A stretch of 64,000 nt of DNA from Chitinivibrionales bacterium. GTDB taxonomy: Bacteria; Fibrobacterota; Chitinivibrionia; Chitinivibrionales; WJKA01. The stretch spans positions 12,758 to 76,757 of the forward strand of contig JBBRUX010000014.1 of NCBI GenBank assembly GCA_038247415.1, written 5' to 3'. Each line of letters starts with the position of its first letter. Within the stretch, counting starts at the first letter, position 1. Both the position numbers and the translations under genes were made by a program. Positions 31,501-40,216 of the stretch are shown piece after piece. The notes beneath the pieces were generated by a model, which was not told the origin of the DNA, did not search any database, and saw nothing but the letters and a program-made list of their open reading frames with translations.

Positions 31501-32571
31501 ATGCGCTATTTTTTAATGCCTTTATCGCTTTCGCTGGTAGTAGCTCTCGCAATCATTTCGTGTAATACCGATACTGGTATGAATCAGATGAATATGAATG
31601 CAGGTAGCTATACGACGACGCCCTTGGCAAAAGCGATCGACTTTGATGCTATATATGTGGTAAATGGTGAAAGCCATTCAATTTCGGTGATTAACGCTGC
31701 TACAAATCAGGTTGCAGGAACTATTGCAATGAATAATGTAACTTTTCCACATCATGTGTCCCTTTCGCCAGATGGCCTTAAGCTAAGTCTGGGGGTTCCT
31801 GGTCAGGATTTTAGTATGGGGCACATGGGTGGTATGATGGATGCAATGGGTGCTGTAATGGTTCTTGATGCTAAAACTGGCGCGCTTATAAAAGCAAAAA
31901 GCATTATGTCGATGAATCATAATGCTGCGTTTGACCCAACCGGAAACGAAATTTGGACATGTGGAATGATGACAGCCGGCATGCTCTATATAATGAATGG
32001 TACAAGTCTTGCTATTACCGATTCTATTGCAGTTGGAAATACTCCACAGGAAGTCAGTTTTGCCCCTGGCGGTCGGTATGCGTTCGTGTGTAATGGCGGT
32101 TCGCATAATGTCATGGTTATAGATCATATGACAAAACAGTTGGTTAAGACGATTGATGTTGGTACTAATCCTGTAGGCGCATGGCCAGGCTCAAATGGCA
32201 TGATGTATGTTGATAATGAGGATAGTAAAACAGTAAGCGCCATTGACACGGGAACACTTACAGTAACGCGCACCTATAATCTTGGCTTTACTCCGGGCAT
32301 GGTTGCATGCGGCCCGAATCGAGAGCTATGGATAACCAATGAAGACAGTGGAAGTGTTGTGATTAATAGTGTAGACAAAGATTCGGTGATCGCACGCTGT
32401 GCAACCGGAGCTGGAGCACATGGAATAGTTTTTAATGCCGATGCGTCTAAAGCGTATGTTACCAATCAGCTCGCACATACTGTATCGGTGATTGATGCAA
32501 GTACTAAGCAGGTTGTTACAACGATTCAGGTTGGTCAAAAGCCAAATGGCCTCTGTTTCAGAAAAAATTAA
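31501..32571 (+). CDS. YncE/YVTN-type beta-propeller lipoprotein, Met-rich
   Basis: Lipobox IISC; YVTN repeats; MGHMGGMMDAMG loop. Confidence 0.85.
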   Translation: MRYFLMPLSLSLVVALAIISCNTDTGMNQMNMNAGSYTTTPLAKAIDFDAIYVVNGESHSISVINAATNQVAGTIAMNNVTFPHHVSLSPDGLKLSLGVPGQDFSMGHMGGMMDAMGAVMVLDAKTGALIKAKSIMSMNHNAAFDPTGNEIWTCGMMTAGMLYIMNGTSLAITDSIAVGNTPQEVSFAPGGRYAFVCNGGSHNVMVIDHMTKQLVKTIDVGTNPVGAWPGSNGMMYVDNEDSKTVSAIDTGTLTVTRTYNLGFTPGMVACGPNRELWITNEDSGSVVINSVDKDSVIARCATGAGAHGIVFNADASKAYVTNQLAHTVSVIDASTKQVVTTIQVGQKPNGLCFRKN

Positions 32572-32623
32572 GAATTTATTGACGATTTGGTAAAAAACAT
32601 GTAACTTTTTCGAGGGGGAATGT

Positions 32624-33127
32624 ATGAAATTGTTTTCTTCGCGTAGTGTGTATGTTATTGCAGCCGGTGCTCTTTCGCTTGCTATGGTGTCGTCTGGGTT
32701 TGCCCAGGCAGATAAGGTCGTTTCTAAAGATACTGCAAAGGCAAGTCCCGCTGTACCTAAACTTAAACCACAAACCAAGTGCCCTATTCAGGGTGACGCT
32801 ATCAATAAAAAGCTCTTTGTAGATGCAGATGGCAAACGTATTTATGTTTGTTGCGAAGCGTGTTTGCCTGAAGTAAAGAAAGATCCACAAGCGGCTATAA
32901 AGAAGCTCGAAGTGATGGGTCAAGAACCGATATCAATTGCCATGGCTACAAGTGAGAAAAAAGAAACTCCTGCAGTATCTGGATATTACACCTGTCCAAT
33001 GCATCCCGAAATTCATGATGCCGCTGCAGGAAAGTGTCCTAAATGCGGGATGAATCTGGAGTTCAAGAAAGAAGCCCCTGCAGCCAAGACTCCTGCTAAA
33101 ATGGATCATTCAAATATGAAGATGTAA
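32624..33127 (+). CDS. Periplasmic YHS-like plus heavy-metal-binding-domain protein
   Basis: QTKCPIQG..IYVCCEAC; YTCPMHPEI..GKCPKCGMNL; MDHSNMKM tail. Confidence 0.88.
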   Translation: MKLFSSRSVYVIAAGALSLAMVSSGFAQADKVVSKDTAKASPAVPKLKPQTKCPIQGDAINKKLFVDADGKRIYVCCEACLPEVKKDPQAAIKKLEVMGQEPISIAMATSEKKETPAVSGYYTCPMHPEIHDAAAGKCPKCGMNLEFKKEAPAAKTPAKMDHSNMKM

Positions 33128-33168
33128 GAGAAGGTTGTTTTCTTAGAGTAAACTTTGGTAGAGTATTT

Positions 33169-33208
33169 AAAAGTTCAGCAAGAATAATTTTTTGCTGAAC
33201 TTTTTTTT
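33169..33208 (+). terminator. Intrinsic terminator
   Basis: AAAAGTTCAGCAA / TTGCTGAACTTTT followed by a T tract. Confidence 0.8.
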
Positions 33209-33228
33209 GTCTGTTGAAAGGGTAAAAA

Positions 33229-33369
33229 ATGGCCGATCAGATTATTAATAAGCCATATAAAATGTTGGAAGTCTACGATGTACCAACGATGCCAGAAAAT
33301 TTGCCAACGACGGAGAGTAATAAGAAGGTTGAGAGCCGCGTAAGAAAGAGTGGAAAAAGGCTTGGTTGA
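33229..33369 (+). pseudogene. 46-codon remnant resembling the C-terminus of DNA-damage-inducible protein D
   Basis: RBS plus MADQIINKPYKMLEVYDVPTMPENLPTTESNKKVESRVRKSGKRLG*; TMPENLPT..S.KK.E matches the DinD-type C-terminal motif. Confidence 0.5.
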
Positions 33370-33412
33370 TAAATTTATGCGAGTTGGAGTGGTATGATAT
33401 TTTTTGCAAAGG

Positions 33413-34134
33413 TTATCGAACGTAAGAAGCCGATTCCTTAACACGCCCATATATAGCATTAGCAAGAGCATTGCAAGAAATGCGCCCACTTGAATCGGAT
33501 ACTAGTCTGGCTTGTAAATTTACTTTGAGCGTAGCAATATCTTTTAGGGACAGAGTGGCTAACACCGGTATAAAAGCTGGACCTTTTTGAACTATCGACC
33601 AATATTCCTCAAAATTGGCGAAGGTTCGATGCACGCTTATTTCTTTTGTAAAAATAGTCGTTAAGCCTGCCCCCTTCCAATACGCTTTCATCGTTTCAAT
33701 TTGTGATGCTCCGGGATTTGGTGGTTCAGGAACTGTGATCCCCATTGCTCGTAGCTCTTCTTGGAATGGATAATAAGGAAACCCACCCCCTAGTAAATCC
33801 CAACCATACGCAGAAACAATGCCACCAGGGCACACTACTCGAGCCATTTCGGAAACACCCTTTGCAGGGTCGGGAACAAAGAAAATGACAAGGGGCATTA
33901 CTGCTGCGTCGAAAGAACCGTTGGGGTAGGGTAGCGCCATGGCATCACCTTTTTGGAGGCGTGCTCGGTTCAATGCGGGTCGCAAGCCCCATTGCCACAG
34001 CCTATATCAACCCAACGCAGACCTGGTTTTGGATGTATCCAATCCAGAAAAGCTGTTCCAACAAGGCCGCTCCAGATACCCATATAACTTTCGTACCCAG
34101 AGCCATCTTTAAATTGGATTGTATGTGCAGCCAT
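33413..34134 (-). pseudogene. Class I SAM methyltransferase with internal deletion and frameshift
   Basis: Frame 1: MAAHTIQFKDGSGYESYMGIWS..WVDIGCGNGA; frame 2 resumes RPALNRARLQKGDAMALPY; the acidic motif-II strand is missing. Confidence 0.85.
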
Positions 34135-34196
34135 TGGGGCGTCCTATGCGTGACAAAAAAGAATATATAAATGGTATATGGCTCAACAAATAATTC

Positions 34197-34874
34197 TTAC
34201 ATTGCAAATGTAACACCAAGACTCAAATACCCAAACTCGCCCATGCCTTCTTCTACAAGCGGAATAGAGGGGACGCTTTCTGCATACAGACCAAACGTGG
34301 GTGTTATAAAATAGTGGACACCAACAATTCCCGCTAAAATTGCATGGCCATCATGATCCCACGGATCGCCCTGCGCCTTTAATTTGTCTCGTTCAATTTT
34401 GTCAATGCTTGCATAGGGTATATATCCGCCCCCAATCCCCACGTAAACGTCAAGCTTTTTAGAAAGCTCAGAAGCTTGTGCAGGATCGCCAAAATTAAGA
34501 ACATGCAACGCAACGCGGAGCATCAAAGGAAATCCGATGAATCGATACGGTACATCCATGGCCATCGATCCAGCATTCATGGTGTCGTTTGGATCCATGT
34601 GCATATGTTCCCCATATTTTACTCCAAGCTCTGCGCCAAGAGAAACGAGGTTATTCATATTTTTATCGAAGGTGATATTGAGATTCCCAACGCCTTCGCC
34701 AAGCACATCGAAGGCTGGGGCGATGCCAATATTAAGCACGGCGGAGGTATTCCGCATGAGGTTGGTATTCTTGACAGGATCTCCCGTCAATGCAGTATTG
34801 GCAGTTTCTGCATGTGAAACCAAACTGATTGAAATAATGCAGAGAGCATTCAAAACCATGGTTCGATGTAGCAT
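34197..34874 (-). CDS. Small outer-membrane beta-barrel with His/Met-rich loop
   Basis: Signal peptide; LDVYVGIGGGY, VGVHYFITPTFGLYAE, YLSLGVTF; loop EHMHMDPNDTMNAGSMAMD. Confidence 0.75.
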   Translation of the reverse strand: MLHRTMVLNALCIISISLVSHAETANTALTGDPVKNTNLMRNTSAVLNIGIAPAFDVLGEGVGNLNITFDKNMNNLVSLGAELGVKYGEHMHMDPNDTMNAGSMAMDVPYRFIGFPLMLRVALHVLNFGDPAQASELSKKLDVYVGIGGGYIPYASIDKIERDKLKAQGDPWDHDGHAILAGIVGVHYFITPTFGLYAESVPSIPLVEEGMGEFGYLSLGVTFAM

Positions 34875-35015
34875 ATAAATCCTTTCATGAAAGGTCATGT
34901 TTTTCTGAAAATGTTTAAACGTAAGCAAAACTCGCATCCCGTGTCTGGTTAAAACCAAAAGAGGCAGTTCTTCAAAAATTGCCCGAATAGTGGAGGTTAT
35001 GCGCTGTGAGATTTT

Positions 35016-35945
35016 TCATTGCGACAAAACTGGTATATACGCTAATACTGACGCCCTCAGCCCAAAGCTTGAACCACTTTTCCGTTGAGTGGCATCACGC
35101 CATACGGGAATTTCTCCTTCGACAAGCGCTTTGACGTGTTCATGCAATTCAAAAGTGATGGAGGGAAGAATGTCCAGACGGTTGCCTGACGTTGACACTT
35201 CTTTTGCTCCATAGACGTCCACCGTTGTTCCACTTGTTTTATAATTGAGAGACATCGACTCGTGGGTAATCCAGAAAGGCCCGGCACTCAGTGAAACCAG
35301 TGCGCTTGCTTCGTTTCCAGGGCTTTCGTTGCGACGATTTTTAAATTTCAACCTTCCGGCGGCCATTGATGAAACAGTCAGGTATTGAACAGGAAATGCT
35401 CTGCTGTATGAAACAAACCCGCCAAAAGTAAAGGCTCCGCTCCCTGTCTGCATATCCTTAGAAAGGAGGGCGTTGTCTTGTATCTTCTGATCGGGTGCCC
35501 AAGGAATACCAATGTCGGCACCGGTTTTAAGCTCTTGTTTAGAAAGCGGAGTCAGAGGAATGAGGGTCAATTGGGCACCAAGCAGGCCATCGCCAAAGTC
35601 GTTGTTGTCAGAAATAATCGTACGAGATTGACTAAATACCGAATCGTTATAAATAACTGCTGGCTGGAATTTTTTTGAATGTATCCACGCATAGCTAGAT
35701 TTGACCGATACCGAAATTCTGCTTGTAATGCCATACGCGATAGTCAATGATGCATCGGTTTTGTATCCAGCTGGAGAATCGATCATCGCATAGTTGGGAC
35801 CAGCCTGAATAAAAAGCGTTCCGTGCGAAAGTGTTGGCGTTCCACCAGCTACAAGTAAACTCCCGATTCCGCAACATCCTTGCGCCCAAAGGGGTACAGG
35901 CGCAAGGCATATCATAATTAATCCAGCTAGGAATATGTTTTTCAT
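35016..35945 (-). CDS. Putative outer-membrane transporter-type beta-barrel with N-terminal CC motif
   Basis: Signal peptide then QGCCG; GDGLLG, QTGSGAF, PGNE motifs. Confidence 0.65.
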   Translation of the reverse strand: MKNIFLAGLIMICLAPVPLWAQGCCGIGSLLVAGGTPTLSHGTLFIQAGPNYAMIDSPAGYKTDASLTIAYGITSRISVSVKSSYAWIHSKKFQPAVIYNDSVFSQSRTIISDNNDFGDGLLGAQLTLIPLTPLSKQELKTGADIGIPWAPDQKIQDNALLSKDMQTGSGAFTFGGFVSYSRAFPVQYLTVSSMAAGRLKFKNRRNESPGNEASALVSLSAGPFWITHESMSLNYKTSGTTVDVYGAKEVSTSGNRLDILPSITFELHEHVKALVEGEIPVWRDATQRKSGSSFGLRASVLAYIPVLSQ

Positions 35946-35954
35946 ACTTGATCC

Positions 35955-36311
35955 TTACGGGTTAATAATTACCGAATCTTTTGCTATAATTCCCGATTCG
36001 TCGGAGAGTGTAACCGCTACAACCGCTTTCCCAAAATGACAGCTTGGAGATGAAAAAACGCAAATCGAATCCTGTGGAGATAATCTGCCATATGCTCCGG
36101 TTGCTGTCCAAGTGAAAATAATGGGCTTGTTGCTACTATTTTTAACTTTGCAGCTTATAAGGGATGTCCCCCCAGCCGGTACTACTGTTTGTGTTGCAGA
36201 AATTGAAGAAATTGAAATTTCTCCGCTGTTTGCCGAAATTGGCGTTTCAAAACAACCGACAAGAGAAACGCCTAAGATAATGGTACTTAAAAGTAAAGGT
36301 ATTGATTTCAT
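35955..36311 (-). CDS. Ig-like-domain lipoprotein
   Basis: Lipobox LVGC; beta-rich, FTWTATG. Confidence 0.7.
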   Translation of the reverse strand: MKSIPLLLSTIILGVSLVGCFETPISANSGEISISSISATQTVVPAGGTSLISCKVKNSSNKPIIFTWTATGAYGRLSPQDSICVFSSPSCHFGKAVVAVTLSDESGIIAKDSVIINP

Positions 36312-36361
36312 ATATAATCCTTTTAAAAAGAAATGTGGTGACCGATAAGAGTCTGAGAAAA

Positions 36362-36661
36362 TCATTTCTGGTCTATTGCGGCGGTTTCAATAAATTGTTT
36401 CATTTTCTCGAGTTTGGTAATATACTTGACAGGCTTTGATTTGAATTTGTCAACACACAGGGGACAACAGAAATATACTTTCTTGGGTGAGTGAGCCGAA
36501 TCTCCTGCCCAAACGGGCGAATAGGATGTGTCGATGGTATTTCCCCTTATGGGGCATTTGGTCTGTTGTTGAAGTTTTGCAGGCGATGATTGCTTCATCC
36601 AATAACCAGGCAAAACCCCACAGCAAAAAATTGTCGTAAACAAGACATAAATGTTTGTCAC
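36362..36661 (-). CDS. YHS-like metal-binding protein
   Basis: QTKCPIRG..VYFCCPLC..PVKYI; paralogous to the N-terminal half of 32624-33127. Confidence 0.75.
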   Translation of the reverse strand: MTNIYVLFTTIFCCGVLPGYWMKQSSPAKLQQQTKCPIRGNTIDTSYSPVWAGDSAHSPKKVYFCCPLCVDKFKSKPVKYITKLEKMKQFIETAAIDQK

Positions 36662-36834
36662 CTTTTAATATATAAAATAGTGCTGCGACAATATTTTTAA
36701 CTTGGTATAAGTAATACTAGAAACGTTGCATTTTAAAATAACGGTGCACATAAGGTTCTTTAAGTGTATTGCGCACCAAACTGTTTTTTATTATACTATA
36801 ATATATACAAAATTTATAAAACTGGTATACATTC

Positions 36835-37215
36835 ATGAAAAAATTCTTGGCACTTTTATTGATTCTTGGGTTGGCTTATTCATCCTATGCATCGGTATTC
36901 TACCAAAATCAAAGAGGTTACAAGGATTTATCTAAAAAATGTTGTTGTTCGGGTAAGTCCATTGCAGAAAAAAAAAGTGACGCTTTGCCAGACCCGTGTG
37001 CTTGCAATGCATGCCCTTGCATAAAAAAGTCGATTCCCGACCTTCCTCCTGGCGAAACTCAAGGCGTGTCAATTCCTTCAAGCAATGTGGCCATTTTTCA
37101 GTATCTCATAGTCTTTTGCTCGTTTGAATATATGCCACCAAAAAACGGATTAACCTTTTCTAAATCTGATCATCCCCCTCATGCTCCCCATTTTCCAATT
37201 CCCCTGCGTATTTGA
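36835..37215 (+). CDS. Cys-rich exported small protein preceding cusCBA (metal-operon leader type)
   Basis: N-terminal hydrophobic helix; CCC, CACNACPC; ends HPPHAPHFPIPLRI*. Confidence 0.7.
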   Translation: MKKFLALLLILGLAYSSYASVFYQNQRGYKDLSKKCCCSGKSIAEKKSDALPDPCACNACPCIKKSIPDLPPGETQGVSIPSSNVAIFQYLIVFCSFEYMPPKNGLTFSKSDHPPHAPHFPIPLRI

Positions 37216-37375
37216 GAATCCCCAACAAAAGAGTTTTCTTTTGTGCACACAATTCTTTATTGCTTGTGCTAGGCATCTATTTTAAGATTTGATATCTGAT
37301 TACATCTTGACTAGTGAAAAACATTCTGTTTTTATTCTTTAGTATTTTTAAAAGCTCGAATTGTTGGAGGTACCT

Positions 37376-38749
37376 ATGAAACTACCCTTATATCAAAAAG
37401 CCACAATGGTAATACCTATGTTCGCACTTGTGATGAATTTGACACTAGTGGTATCTGCACAAGTGTCAATGGAACAAAAACCTCCCGACGCCTCGCTTAC
37501 GCTTTTGGAAACAACGGTTTCTGATTTAGTAAATGATGCGCGCGAGCATAATATTTCGTTACAATCGAAGATGCGCGCGATTGAGGTTGCACATTTCCAG
37601 GCTCAAAAGCTTTCGTATCTCGATCCTCCTACTTTTGCAATTGAGGCTATGAATACTCCGCTTTCGTCATTTCCCAATCCATTTAAGGATCGGATGGAAA
37701 TGGATTATTCGTTGCAGCAAATGTTCATGTTTCCGGGAAAATTGCATGCAATGAAACATGCAGAACTGGCAAAAGTGGATATGGCTTCCATGGAAAAGTC
37801 CTCTCTAGAGCAAGAGATTATCCTTCAGGTTAAGCAGACAGTGTATGATATCTACCTCATTGATAGGCAATTGAAAATAAATGCAGCTTCACAGAAACTG
37901 TATTCAGATCTTGTTGGGATATCTCGAAAACAGTATGAGGTAGGGATGGGCAAACAGGCAGAAATTTTACGATTGCAAACGCAAGCACTGGTTGTCGAAA
38001 AAAATCTGATAGCTCTTATGTCAAAACGAGAAGCCATGGTTTCGATGCTTAATGGTTTGGCGGGTCGTGATTTGAATACCGCATTTCCCTCCCTGCCAGA
38101 AATTGATCCTTTAAAGATACAAATCGATACCATGAGGCTTATCGATAAGGCTATGGCATATCGCCCAGAAATTAGGGCTATGATTGCTCAAACCCGCATG
38201 AAACAAGGTGAGTCCGATGTTGCAAAGCTCTCGTGGTTACCCGATTTCATGATAAAAGCTACATATCAAAATATCGCTGCGCCTAAAGGTGGAACAGATT
38301 CTATGGCTGGCCGAGGAAATCCCGATACGTGGTCCCTTATGTTTGGATTTACAATACCAGAAGCACCTTGGTCTTTTCGAAAGGCCAGTACTGCAGAAAA
38401 ACAGGCTCAATCTAGTTATTCTGGATCGATGTCAGATCTTGAACAAATGAAAGTGATGATTAAAACATCTCTTAGTAAAGCTCTCTTGGAAGTTGCTAGC
38501 AGTAAACAGCAGGTTCTTATAACTGCAACGCGTATTATTCCTTTGGCGCATCAAACCCTTGACGCAGCTTTTGCGACGTACCGGAGTGGAGGAGAGGAGT
38601 TTGTTATGGTGCTCGATGCAGAAAAAATGCTCCTGATGACGCAAGATGATTATCATATGCACGTCATGAAATATCTTAGTGCACTTGCTCAACTTGAGCG
38701 GGAAGTGGGCAGCACAGTTTATTCTATTCACAAGGATGGTTTACAATGA
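37376..38749 (+). CDS. TolC-family outer-membrane efflux protein (CusC/CzcC-like)
   Basis: GGAGG RBS; QQMFMFPGKL, RPEI, LSWLPDF, AQLEREVG; first gene of an RND operon. Confidence 0.9.
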   Translation: MKLPLYQKATMVIPMFALVMNLTLVVSAQVSMEQKPPDASLTLLETTVSDLVNDAREHNISLQSKMRAIEVAHFQAQKLSYLDPPTFAIEAMNTPLSSFPNPFKDRMEMDYSLQQMFMFPGKLHAMKHAELAKVDMASMEKSSLEQEIILQVKQTVYDIYLIDRQLKINAASQKLYSDLVGISRKQYEVGMGKQAEILRLQTQALVVEKNLIALMSKREAMVSMLNGLAGRDLNTAFPSLPEIDPLKIQIDTMRLIDKAMAYRPEIRAMIAQTRMKQGESDVAKLSWLPDFMIKATYQNIAAPKGGTDSMAGRGNPDTWSLMFGFTIPEAPWSFRKASTAEKQAQSSYSGSMSDLEQMKVMIKTSLSKALLEVASSKQQVLITATRIIPLAHQTLDAAFATYRSGGEEFVMVLDAEKMLLMTQDDYHMHVMKYLSALAQLEREVGSTVYSIHKDGLQ

Positions 38750-40182
38750 AAAAAACACAAAGATACGTTTCGGCTCTGTGGATACTGGGCTTAGTAATCA
38801 CCGTTGTTCTTATGGGTACGCTCGTGGGAGGGTGCAATAAAGCGGCCCCTCAAAATGCGAAAAGCACGCAAGAAAAAACAATGTATCATTGTCCCATGCA
38901 TCCCACAATTATTTCCGACAAAGAAAGCAATTGCCCCCTTTGCGGCATGAACCTTGTTCCGTTTACTAATACTTCGCCTGAATCAGGCTCGCAACAAAGC
39001 AGTCAAGGTGCTGTGCATATCGATCCGGTAACGGTTCAGAATATGGGGGTGACAACCGAACTCCTAGAACACCGAACGCTTGTTAAAAATATCAGGGCCG
39101 GCGCAACTGTCAATCTCGATGAAACACGGCAAGCAGTGGTGACAACAAAAACTATGGGATGGATAGAATCGCTCCATGCAAATTTTACCGGTGAACATGT
39201 TGCACACGGTGATGTGCTCTTCGAATTTTTTAGCCCCGATATTATAAGTGCCCAAGAAGAATACCTATCGGCACTGAAAAGTGCAGAGAAGCAGGATTCG
39301 ATGCATGCAGATGAAACGGATCCTCTTGTGCAAAGCACTTTGAGACGGTTATCGTACCTCGATATTTCCGACGACCAGATTGCACTCATTGCAAAGAAAC
39401 GGAGTGTGGGTCGTACTATTCCCGTGTATGCACCCATGAGCGGAATTATTATAGAGAAAAACATTGTGGTTGGTCAAAATGTCATGAGTGGCACCTCTCT
39501 GTATAAAATAGCAGATGTATCAACAGTATGGGTTGTTGCCAATGTGTATCAGAATGATATCGCATTTGTTTCTGTGCACATGCTTGCTGCAGTTGAGGTT
39601 CAGTCTGCTCCGGGTGTTTCGTATCAGGGAATTGTCTCATACATTTCACCAATTCTTGACGCTGCGGCAAAAACTGCCCAGGTTCGGATAGAGGTTAAAA
39701 ATACATCCGATTATGCGCTCAAGCCGGGTATGTTTGCCACCGTGACCCTGCAATCTAAACAACCACAACCGGTACTTGCTGTTCCTGAGCAAGCGGTTAT
39801 TAGAACGGGTTTGAGATCGGTTGTAATTCTTGACATTGGCAATGGCTATTATCGCCCACAAGAAGTAACGCTTGGGCTTTCTGCCGATGGATATGTGCAA
39901 ATTCTGAAAGGTGTTACACAGGGCCAAAAAATAGTTACATCATCGCAGTTTCTTATTGATTCCGAAAGTAACCTAAGAGCTGCCGTAAATGCAATGTCAC
40001 CGAGTTCTTTATCCGATAGCGCCCATACTGTGGATACGGTACAAAAGATACCTGCTGTATCTCTAAAGACAAGTAAAAAGAGTAAAGATGTCTGGATTTG
40101 TACCATGGACCCGCAAGTAAAAAGCGATAAGCCAGGAGATTGTCCGATATGTGGAATGCGTGTGGTAAAAAAAGGATCGTAA
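38746..40182 (+). CDS. cusB: CusB-type RND membrane fusion protein with N- and C-terminal metal-binding domains
   Basis: YHCPMHP..CPLCGMNL; GWIESL; LKPGMFA; QFLIDSES; WICTMDP..CPICGM. Confidence 0.92.
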   Translation: MKKTQRYVSALWILGLVITVVLMGTLVGGCNKAAPQNAKSTQEKTMYHCPMHPTIISDKESNCPLCGMNLVPFTNTSPESGSQQSSQGAVHIDPVTVQNMGVTTELLEHRTLVKNIRAGATVNLDETRQAVVTTKTMGWIESLHANFTGEHVAHGDVLFEFFSPDIISAQEEYLSALKSAEKQDSMHADETDPLVQSTLRRLSYLDISDDQIALIAKKRSVGRTIPVYAPMSGIIIEKNIVVGQNVMSGTSLYKIADVSTVWVVANVYQNDIAFVSVHMLAAVEVQSAPGVSYQGIVSYISPILDAAAKTAQVRIEVKNTSDYALKPGMFATVTLQSKQPQPVLAVPEQAVIRTGLRSVVILDIGNGYYRPQEVTLGLSADGYVQILKGVTQGQKIVTSSQFLIDSESNLRAAVNAMSPSSLSDSAHTVDTVQKIPAVSLKTSKKSKDVWICTMDPQVKSDKPGDCPICGMRVVKKGS

Positions 40183-40216
40183 TTACAGCCTAACGAAATA
40201 ATTCTGAGGAATACCT

